The notes below the pieces were generated by a model. The model was not told where the DNA came from. It was given only the letters and a program-made list of their open reading frames with translations, and searched no databases. DNA of 64,000 nt from assembly GCA_002633005.1 (NCBI GenBank), contig NMRA01000005.1, forward strand, positions 1,727,048 through 1,791,047, in the 5' to 3' direction. The translations under genes were made by a program, and so were the position numbers. This document shows positions 33,772 through 44,640 of this stretch, piece after piece. Position 1 is the stretch's first letter. The number at the start of each line of letters is the position of its first letter. The DNA is from Phoronis australis (lineage: Eukaryota > Animalia > Phoronida).

Positions 33772-33815
33772 TATGATCCTGATGATGTCTAATGAAAAGA
33801 CGAAACGTTGAATTG
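33772..33815 (+). ncRNA. Candidate minimal type I hammerhead ribozyme
   Basis: CTGATGA (33779-33785), T, stem II GTCT/AGAC, GAAA (33802-33805), palindromic AACGTT with a GUU cleavage triplet. Proximal stem I is imperfect. Sits in the loop of a long inverted repeat. Confidence 0.55.
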
Positions 33816-36395
33816 GACATGAACTTTTTTATTTGTGCGGCAATCGTCCGGTTTTTGATCTTATTGTGGCCAAAAACTGATTTAATTAATAAATCTGAGC
33901 AAACTCATGCGCTGAAACAGCAACCATGACAGTAACTTACAGGCCTGTCTACGCACACTGTATGCAGCATACAAAGCCGTCTATGCAAAGTCGGAAAATG
34001 AAGACAGATTTTAAGGTCCATATTTCTTGTAAATTCTGGAGTTGATCTAAATTTGATGGTGGAATATGATTCTAAGCAAATTTCACAAATTACATATCAA
34101 TCCAAGCTCATTTTGAATGTGATTAGATGAAAGAAATGGATTGAAAAATCATTAATTTCCGAGACTTGACTTCATGTTTTATTGTACAGGTCTCGTTTGC
34201 GGCAAAATGATAACAAATGTCAAAGCGTTGCCAATAAGCTCGGAAATTTTTTTAGCACAAAAATAATAGCCAAATCTGACATTTTTGTACTTTTCAAAGG
34301 CAGGCTACTTTGCAACTAACAATCCCATTCTCATTATGTGTTTTGTCATAACAGGAGTATATTATTAAGACAGCTAACAACATTCATTCACTGAGTAACG
34401 TTTAGCTTGAACCCCATGTTGTATGCTCAAAACGTGAAGTAGCATTTCTGAACTGCTATGACTGCAAAGTTTACTAACTGGTTTTGTGATACGATTCAGT
34501 AAAAACGAAACGGAGCAAAATTAGGTGAACCGGTTTCGATACCGTTCTCAAAGCAATTAAAGTTCTGACATGTTTAAGCCATTTATTTCTAGTTAACTTT
34601 TTCAGCGTCACCTGCATTAACAGATCAATCATATAAACTGTCTGTTACGGTTCAGGGTTTTGAACGATATTTTTCAAGTTGTAATGGCTTAATGTGAGAT
34701 TAATGTAGCAGGTGGTATAAAGTAGAAAAAGTTGTCGCTTGATTAAAAACTATTCATGCCTATCACAAGAGGAGCCGATTTAAAATACATTATTGGTGAC
34801 AATATGCATCTGGGTCATATAGGGCATTTTCTTGGTCTCAAGTATGAGGCTACGAAAATACCCGATGGTTCCGAACGGTAAAAGCCGTAGCGGGAAATAA
34901 CCGAGTATTTTTAAGGTCACCAGCTTCGATTTCAGTTAATTCTATACAATGACTCAAAGCCGATAACGGGAATCAGGGATCTCTAATAAAACCTAAAACA
35001 ATTAATTTCCCTATTTTATGTCTATCTTCAAAGTTAGTAACGTCAAGAAGTCTATCCTACTCAACAGTAATACCAAAATACGTATTCCGGGCCTAAAACA
35101 TTTTGCGCAAAACTGACCGAGTTAGTTACGTGACCTTTTTCCGAACAAAAATCTGGACAGTTTGAATAATTTAATGACTCACTATCTCACGATATTTTTC
35201 AACGACACCTGAAAGGACACACCAGTCAACCCTACAGTCTGTGCGACCTGAATATTTTCAAATTGTCGTGACTTAAAGGGAAACGTGTTAACGTGAAAAG
35301 AAGCACGAGCATGAACGAATGCAGCTCTTTTAAAGTAGATTAAGCCATGGAGTCGTAACAACATACACTGCAAAAACTTAAAGAACGAATGCACTAGCAG
35401 AGGCCGACAAAATCAAAAAAGTTTGAGAAGATTTAACGATCTAAATGTACAATCTATGAACCTCTTTTAAGACAAGTAGTGTTATAATTATTTCGCCTTA
35501 TGAAGGAACTTGACTCATTTCTTTTGACAAGCACAAAGTCAAAACAGAATACGACTCCCTCAACATAATAGCAACGGTAATTTTGAGGCCGGAATGCGCA
35601 CGCGCAATCGCACTTTAGGGTGAATTCCTTCTCGTCCATTCATCCATGACGTCACTCCGGACAATTTTGCAGCTTTTTGTCGAGGTGCAAAACTTACTCT
35701 GACCAAGATACTGACCAGAAATAATGAAATTGAATTTTTTTAACTCATTTTATGTTTGGAAATTTGTTTCGGGGCATACAGGAAATTCATGCATAGCAAG
35801 AGAAGCGTGTATTCGGCAGACTACTTTTACATTTGGAGATTTTTTAGGCATATAGGAAATTTCCGAATAAAATAGAGGCTTGCATTCGGAAGACGGCATT
35901 TCCGGAACCAATATCTACGCTCAGGTCTATACTGGGGTTTTGGCTCATAAGTAAAATAAAAAGTAGTTCATGACAATTTGACCCACACGTCAATGAATTG
36001 CACTTTGGTGTTGTTAATACATATGCTGCAAAACACCTGCGACATACAATGAGGTGAGCAGCCTAGGTATACAACTGAAAGCAGTTCATCAACATGTGCT
36101 GCAACCCTATATTCTCTTCTTAGTCATTTCCAAACTCCTTATACCAAATTACTAAAATACACAAAATGGACCCAAACCTTCCCATATCAAAATAGAAAAT
36201 AATCTCCAGCTCCAAACATGTTATTCAGAGCATCGACAAGCAAAATTAGTGTCAAAATGCCAGTTTCAAAACGATGACCAACCCATCCACAGTTAGATCG
36301 CATAGGATCTCCGCAGTCCTTTAATGTTCGGGATTAATTGGTATCATGACAAGGACAATTTTCGACCAGTACGTCGTGGTTAAACAACAGACTTG

Positions 36396-36455
36396 TTTAT
36401 TTATTATTTATGAGGGTAGCCCCATTAGTTTACACAGTTTTCCGTGGGGGCCCTC
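36396..36455 (-). mobile_element. 3' tail remnant of a non-LTR retroelement (CR1/L2-like)
   Basis: Minus strand GAGGGCCCC...GGGGCTACCCTC stem-loop followed directly by ATAAATAATAAATAAA. Confidence 0.5.
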
Positions 36456-39400
36456 AATAAGGTCCCACATAAAATCACCGGCCTGAACTTCAGCGATTGA
36501 CTGCCAGCCAGTGGCGAGAAATTGCGAATTGTAATAAAATCACAAAACACAAGGAATTTGGTTGCTTATATAGCTCTGGTCAAAGCTATTGTCTTCAAGA
36601 AGGCTATATCGTCCAACAATAACCCACAATAATTGAGTTTTTCTATCCCAAAACCGAGTTCGACAGATACAATACCACCTACTCAAGGAGTGGTCGAGCA
36701 CCTCAGTACTCTCCTTCTCTGCCTCCATTCTTTAGATTTTGTTCTGCATGCTCGTGGGTGATTTATCAAGATCTCGACAGCATGTGGACAAGACGACTAT
36801 GATGAGCAATAGACATGTTAATTGATTTTGCATGTATGAATTTCCGTATTCACACGAGCGATTTTATCTACATTTTTCAATAAGTCGTCCAGAAAAAATT
36901 AATTAAAATCTCTTAAAAAAGAAGAATGTTTACTTTTCTGAAAAAGTGGGACACAAACCTGAGTTCAATACTAAATGAAATTCCAGTGTTTCCTAGATGT
37001 CCAATTCGGTTCAGAATAAACACGACTATTATGTAAAACCAATGATACATTTCTGACAAGACATTCTACTATCTGCTCGATTTTCCTCACGTTCGCCAGA
37101 ACATGTCACATTAAGTTATCAAAAACTATGACCATCGGATAACAGGGTACATCAACGGGGCTGTGTAGAGCGTTGTGCAGCGCAACTAGTATGAAGAAAT
37201 TAGGCTAGGACGTCATGCGCAGTCACCGCGTAGGTTATGCAGGGGGTGGCGTTTGCATCGGACTGGCAAAGGAAAGCTTACTAATGCGTAGGCATTGCGT
37301 AAAGAAGCGCAGTGTTGCGTAGACCTGAGCAGAAACTGCGGACTTATTGGTTGGTGTACGCCGAGAGTACGCCGGAAAAAATATTTTTGCCCGTCCATCG
37401 CGCGTACTCATTTGCGTCCCTCGGGACATTGCTACCAAAGCCAGCATGGGCACAGCGTATCTCAGCCATGGCATTCGATTTGCAACTCTACATATATGTG
37501 AACAAACGATGCCTGCACTGACATTGAAAACACCTTACAAGACCCAGTTGAAAAACATTCATTTGCGTTTAAAATACGCAGGATAACAAATACGTCATAC
37601 GGTCGAGGGTCACGTTGCAACTTTTGAACACTGGTTTTAGCATAGCGCAACAAATCCAGTTTACCAGCGGACACGTTTTGAAGATTTATGCAACCCATTC
37701 CGCTATAAAACAACAGGCTTTGTATAACGTAGGCTTTACAGCAACGTATAATGAATTCTGGCTTTCTATTCACCATCACTATCACATGATTCATTTGATT
37801 GGTAGAATAACAGATGCTGTATCGCAATAACCATAGCAACACGAGGAGATGCAGACGTTCTACATAAGGGGTGATGAGGGTATCCAAATGGACACAATCT
37901 TCATGAAAAGAAATCAAACGAATTATCCTGTATCTAATAGTTGTCAATGACCTAAATAATTTGCTGTAAATTATGTACTCAGGAACACTTTGTAGTTTTT
38001 CATCAGTTTATATTCACTGAGAATAAATGTGCGACATAACTTGGTAAAATAGATAACATTTCTCAAACTAATTCGGACATATTAGTATATTTTGGAGAAA
38101 ATTTGCCAATTTTGATATTTTTGATCTCGTCATATGATCATGTTCATCGAAATCTGTTGCCACGGTTACAAATCTAAAGTGTGAACATCATATCTCATCC
38201 AGTCAAGATCAACAGTGCATATTTTTATTTTTTCCAAAACTGCAGGCAATGTCCGGAAAATTGGAGAACTGACATACAGGCTTGATAAAACGCGGGTGCC
38301 CCACTAGCTATTAGTAGTTTTGAGTTCTTACTGGCTACTCTATGCAGAGCAATAAACCCGCGATAAAGAAAACAAAGTTTGATTTAGATCACTTACTGTT
38401 ATGAAATTGGTGTCAACTCGTTTCTAACTCGGATGAAAACTGATTTTTAGTCCTGCAAAGGAAAATGATTCATTATTCTTCGAGACCCTAATCAGCGAAT
38501 ACATGACATAACACGCCGCCGTGACAAGCCAATTTAAAGACCAGCACTGTCAGTTCACTGAAAAACCCAGAAATCAACTGGTTTTATGAATGAGGTAAAG
38601 GATCAAGGTTAAACATCTTTAATACATAATGATTTGAAAAATCACGGACATGGTAGACAAACATCCCCAGAGCAACACCGTAGACTCAACAGTAAACGCG
38701 TTCCGCAACTTAGACAACGTTGCATATTCGCGCCACATGTCATCACGAACAGACAACAATGTGTGTTTATGGCGGTTACGGTAACGGCAACAGTCACTAC
38801 ATTTCGGCATTGTCGTCAGCTCAGTCTGTATCTGACTTCATCAGCTTGTATCTGACACAAGCCCACTGAGGTGGTGGGACGCGCTTTTGATCCCAATGCT
38901 AGTTCTTGTACTGATTGTGTTTATAAAACCAGAAATAGCATTTTGAAACATGTGTCTCAAAATTTTTTGCAGGCATCAGGTCAGTGACGCTGCGGAAAAG
39001 ATGTAGCCCACACCAGTTTTTCTCGTGATTTTCATGGGTCTAAGGAACTCAATCGTGGTTTCCGATATCAAACCGAGAAATCACCGGTGTGCAACACTAG
39101 CTCTGTACCAGTGACGTAATCACAAAGGCTGGTGTTTCTGGACAATGCGAAAGGGTGCACTTTCCATGGAAACTCCCGACGAGTCCACTTTCTAAACGGG
39201 TGGGTGTCATAATTTTCAAGGCCAGTGATATAGTCGAGTACTCCCAGGGTTTTTAATATACACTGTAGGTGGCAACCAGAACCGTTTATCGACCAACTTC
39301 AGCGAGATATCAAGATGTAAAGAAAACATTGAGCCCAGTGAGGGACAAACGTATAACAGTTGAAAATTTCTGAGATCTCGAGAGTGAAGATAAGAAGGGA

Positions 39401-40238
39401 CCCAGGAAACAGTAGAACTTGACGGACGACACCACGTAGTTAATATAGGGGGAGATCTCATCTGCACCAAAACAAAACAAAGGTGATTGCACTTTTAATG
39501 CTATAACAAAATCAAAAACAAATGGTAAAATAATACAAAAAGCAAAGTTAAGAAAAAGTGACGTTGTTTAGTATTGCACATACGTTTGAAAAAAGAAAAT
39601 TGTTTGATTCCAAAATTTTGGATTTGAAAGGACCCCAAGATTATCATTTTTGAGAACGATTAAAACATGTAATTTGGAGACAGATCTGGTCGGGACACTT
39701 TTCGAAACAGGTTAACAATTCTTGCGAGGGCACAAAAGAAAACGTGAATTCAGATAATATAAAGTCGTTTAGTGGACACTCTTATAACAGGTATGCAGAC
39801 TGACTATGAAGGTGTAGAGGTGTGGGTCTGGGGATCCACTGGAATCCTCTGGAACCCCTAATATAAAGCTGTATGCAACAAAAATGGCTGCAGTTGCAGT
39901 AAAATTACACACTACCGTGGGTGAAGAGTGCAGATGCAGATTCACGTGGCAACAAACTCACATTCGGCCGTCAACAAAAGTTTTGATTCAGACCACTTTG
40001 AGTTGTAACATTGGTCTTAGATTGTTCCTTACTCAAACGAAGACTTTGACTTCCGGGCTATGGCAGAACTGAGTTTTGAGACCACGAAACAAGCTAACTT
40101 GTCGAACCTGATCTCAAGCCTGCCAGTACTTCCCAAGTCCGGGGATCGTTTGTAATCCAAGTAAGGAACAGGTTTGTAGGCCCTACCAGATTTATAGTCT
40201 AAATCAGAAGTTATTTTTGACAGAATTCAGTCAGGCTA

Positions 40239-40268
40239 CACACACACCACACACCCACACACACACAA
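40239..40268. repeat. Imperfect (CA)n microsatellite
   Basis: CACACACACCACACACCCACACACACACA. Confidence 0.8.
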
Positions 40269-40638
40269 TATATAATTCTCAGGCGTGGATGTAAATATGG
40301 CCAGAGTGGGTCTTGTGAATTGGAAATACGGGGACAAGAGCAGTACTCCACGTTGCTCCATTAAAGCAATAAAAAATGGCAGAGCCGCATCTAGGGGAGT
40401 TCGGATGCCTTGTGACCTCCGCTGGACTTGCTCGTGTTTTTGAATGGCTTCGAACCTTCCAAGTGTTCAGCCTAAGGTTATCGCAAGCTAACATTCTTGA
40501 AAAGCGATCACGTGTACTTTCTATCACAAAAACGGCCTACCTCGATAGACGACTGATAACACACAGGATGAATATTTCCTGGGATATCTATGGTCTAAAG
40601 TTCGTTCACATGACTCTTTTGCCTGAATCAGTAGAACA

Positions 40639-43600
40639 ATGAAGGTACTGAGTCTGTTAGCATGCGTTTCCATTGCCGTTGTGTACGCTCAACTGCCGCC
40701 AAAGTGTAGTAAGTATATGTAAGCTCGATTGTATGATTGACCTAATTTGAGGCGGGTGCGTGTTGTGATGATTTTTGCCAACAATAACAACAATCTTATC
40801 TTAGATATTCCCCACTTACCCCTCCATATCTTATTCATCAAGGGAACGACTCTAATTTAATTTGTGTGTGAATCCTATTGTACTTCTGACTTAGTCAAAA
40901 TGGACCAGACAAAGTTTTTTTTACTCAACAAGCGCCCCTTTTCAGAGAAATATTCTAGCACCCCTAGCTACACAAGTTAATTGCAATGTTATTTCCAAGT
41001 ACCCCATGCAAAATTGCTAAGAAATTCATCATACATCCACAAAAGCAACAATCATCGCAATTAATGCCCAGCTCAGCTGAAAGACTTGGTTTATTTAAAA
41101 TACTAGATCTCACCGAAACAATATGAGCAAATGCGTTCTTCTTCCCTCCCTAACCAAGAATAAAGACATACAGCCAGGTGGCAAAGTGCGACATTCTGTA
41201 ATCTCATGTTTGAATAGCGCTTCATGACATTAGGTTTTCTGTTTATAAGCACTCTGCCGTTTTCAGGTACACCAAACCAATGGTCGGCGTATCGCGTCAG
41301 GGTAAGTAAAACACTTTATGTTCAACATAAGTCACACAAAACATAATTGCGACCCAAGCCTATTTTCAGTCTAACCACACAAGTGTTAGAGCCGGTATCC
41401 AAGCACATCAGCAACAGTGAGTTCTGAATGCAGTCTTTTCGTAGTTTTCCCCATTTACCGTAAAGGGTTATCATTGTCCGGTTGGCATCTGGGTGTTGGG
41501 ATCTAAAAATGTTCAGGTTGATTAAAGATGACTGGCGCAGAAATACGCATGTGCGTATTGACAGAGGTATACTCAAAACACCTGAGACTTGACATCAATG
41601 ACGAAATATGTCTGTCAGCAATGCTCTTGAGTCATGACAAATGTCTCATACTGGTGCACATGACTTGTGGTGCGTGCCTCAGTGAGGCGTAGGCCTACAA
41701 GTAAAGATGGGTACGAAACCATATCGAGGGGCCACTAATGGGTATCTACCTAAATCTCGTGACGTCAACCTACTTTCCTTGAATAATAGTGACATAAGCT
41801 ATGATATACCAATAATGGGATGGTCGTCTTTACAACTATAAAAGCATCAATGATAACACCTGGACTTTGAGGATAATGTTTGATTAAGTTTAATCAAGTC
41901 AATTCAAGGTCCGGATTAGTTTCAGGTATAGTGTAAGCTTAGATAACGGAAATACCACCTTCATCTTAAAATATACAACTAACTAACAACTGGGAACCCA
42001 TAAATGTATACATTTTATGAAACCAAGAATGAAGCAAATTTATTCACGTCAGCCAAAACACTGTGCCGATATTAAAAAAATATTTTTGGGTCAAAATAAC
42101 TTTCAACCTAATCTTAATATTACACATTACAGCATGACCCCGCACAGAACATCTCGGTTCACGAACGCTATTACTACGACAGGACGTTGCAAAGAAAGCG
42201 ACATGATGAAGAAATATTCCCAAAAGGACAACTTGGACAGCACATTCAAATTTTCAACTTTTACACGGAGGTACACATTACCGCACCAGCATGGATTTAT
42301 TCATCGACCTGCCTGAGCACGTTTAATTTGCGCGCATACCAGGGCCGTAGTGCGGCTTAGGCGCATGTAGGCGCATGCAGGCGCAGACAACCACCATTTG
42401 GCATTTGAACGTAGCGCTTACGCACCGTAAGTTACGTCCAGTGCTCAAAGTGAAACGGTGGGCTCTGGGCGCCTACTTACCTCTGATTTTACCACTACAG
42501 CACTGGCGCATACACGTATGGTTGCGTACCATATTAGAACTATTGGAAAATTCTGACTCCTGTTAAGTTAATTGACTAACTTAGGGTAAAGATTTCCCCA
42601 CTCTCACAGATTCCCCACGAGTATTTGCACTACAACAAATTGAAAGGCAGGATCGAATATTACCAATAACTGAAAAAAAATGCAAATGCCCAAGCTGATG
42701 GATTTTATTGAGAAACAGGTCAGAGAAGACAACGGGCGAAGGTAGGAAAGAAAGATTCCCTCACATCCCAGCATCATAAGAAGTCATTTGTTCATTCTTG
42801 CACAGGCATTATTGAATTAAAGTGACCCTTTCAATGACTTTCACAAAGTAGAGAATGTTAGTGTTCCTTACTTTCATTCAACCTAACTCACGCCAACTTT
42901 TCTTCCTTTTAAATCCTAATTGTATTTTTTGCTTAGAAAAAAGAATATCGCTACAACGCGGCTTCACGGGAGTGCAATGTGACGACTCTTCAGCACGATT
43001 TCAGAGTGTATGGCGTACAACCGGACGACATGTTCCTTGGAGAGTTCTACATTGGCGCGCCATTTAAAGAAGAAACAATTCTCGTGACCAGCTGGGCGGG
43101 AAATCGCACTGAGAGCAGTAAGCTGTCGTCTAATAATAGCGCTCGTAGTTTTAAGGCGATCCGGTTTAAAACCTTTTCAAAAAAATAAAAAAAAAATAAA
43201 TAAACAGAAAAAAAAACAGAGAACACTAGTGGGCCAAGGGCCAACTCAAACGTTTCTGCCAATGCTGGGAGAAAAAGTTGCATAAACTCTTAGTACAGTT
43301 TTATCAAGATATGTAGTCTAAATCAGAGGCAATTTTGGAAAAAAGGTGGAATTATTGCAACTTTAACTATAGTGGTCATTAACTTCTTACTGCTTTCTGA
43401 GAACCCCAACCAAGCAGAAAATTACATAAGCCCTTTTAAAAGACCCGTTAGTAACGACCTTATGGTGACCACGTCTGTCAAATATTAGCTGACACAGCAA
43501 TGATTTACAAAAATGTTTCAACACTTTGCCATTTTTTCAGCCAGAACAGGGCGCTACATCACAGTTTGGACAATGAAGGGTTGTCTGCCTGTCTCAGAGA

Positions 43601-44146
43601 CATTCTTCCCCAACAACCAGGAGGTGCCAGAACACGACCAGTAAGTAACCACACAAGCACGCGCCTTCCACAACAGCCAAGTATATGAATAAACATTTTT
43701 TATGTATCTTTACAAACAACAGCCATGAATTAGAGTAACATTAAGGGATCCAACAACTGGAAAATATCCCCTACTCTGTCAGGATTCCAACCACCTACAC
43801 CTTTCCAGATAGGAATAACGATCTTAAATCATTGTAGGACTGCAGAAGAACATTTCACAAGTGGTTGAAATGAAACAACTTTAACATCTACCAGTCTCCC
43901 AAGAATACTAAACTTGTGAATTTTAAAGCAGCAATAGAACGCTAACCTTTAAGAAATCAGTCTCAAACTTTTCCTTACCCAGTGTTTTATGACAGACAAA
44001 CACACAAGTGCAAATAATTATGTTAACCTCCCCGAGTTTCACTGGAGGAGATAACATTTTTGTATGAACATTCCAGGTATTACAACGTGACAGTGGGTGT
44101 GCCACCAGAAGCCTTCTATCTGCCGCCCTCTTGTGGGAAATTATGA
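40639..44146 (+). CDS. EPDR1: Ependymin-related protein (EPDR family), 197 aa with signal peptide
   Basis: Exons 40639-40708, 41267-41301, 42133-42270, 42937-43117, 43541-43640, 44077-44146; all GT-AG and phase-compatible. Protein: MKVLSLLACVSIAVVYAQLPPKCSTPNQWSAYRVR...YYYDRTLQRKR...ECNVTTL...FLGEFYIG...TSWAG...WTMKGCLPVSE...YYNVTVGVPPEAFYLPPSCGKL. Shows the ependymin CxxPxQW, YD, GCLPV and FxPPxxC-type motifs with four mature Cys. Family certain, 1:1 orthology to EPDR1 not established. Confidence 0.9.
42340..42505. mobile_element. hAT MITE in EPDR intron 3
   Basis: TIRs CAGGGCCGTAGTG / CACTACAGCACTG; perfect 8-bp TSD GCGCATAC at 42332-42339 and 42506-42513; subterminal AGGCGCA repeats. Confidence 0.9.
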
Positions 44147-44640
44147 GAAACAACTGGGGCAAGATGAATTACGCCAACAGTATTTACTAACTGTAAATAA
44201 ATAAACAGTATAATTTTACTGGATTTATTGTTGTGGAATACAGTCTATCAGAGTTAACATGGTAAAAGAAGTCTAAAATCAATAACATGGTTTAGAAATA
44301 GAAATCTACAATATCATTAAAAACAGAAATAGAAAACCTGTAACGTGATTTAGAAATGGAATTTCTACTGTGACAGATCTCATTAAGTAGCCATTTTTCA
44401 TTTTATTAGTTCAAAGGAGCGAGATGTAACCACGGTGACTTGATTTGGCCAATGTTATCATTATTTACTATCATAACTGTTAACAAAAAGCACATGGGTC
44501 ATTGGTATATAGCATGTCATTAACACATAGCATACAAATGACTGCACCATTGACCATGTACAGGTCGTACAGCATTTCCAATGTAGATTGACAGACTGTG
44601 AGTGACAGCAGACATGATCCCCAGGCAGCCATGTAGTGTG

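Noticed and set aside
36540-37947. Several overlapping ORFs, including a 161-aa one
   Set aside because: No recognisable domain or coherent splice structure; likely decayed repeat sequence.
38795-38850. Minus-strand hammerhead-like CTGATGA-A-GTCAG...CTGAC-GACA and overlapping CTGACGA...GAAATGTA
   Set aside because: The first has GACA instead of GAAA, the second lacks stem II, and neither has stem I.
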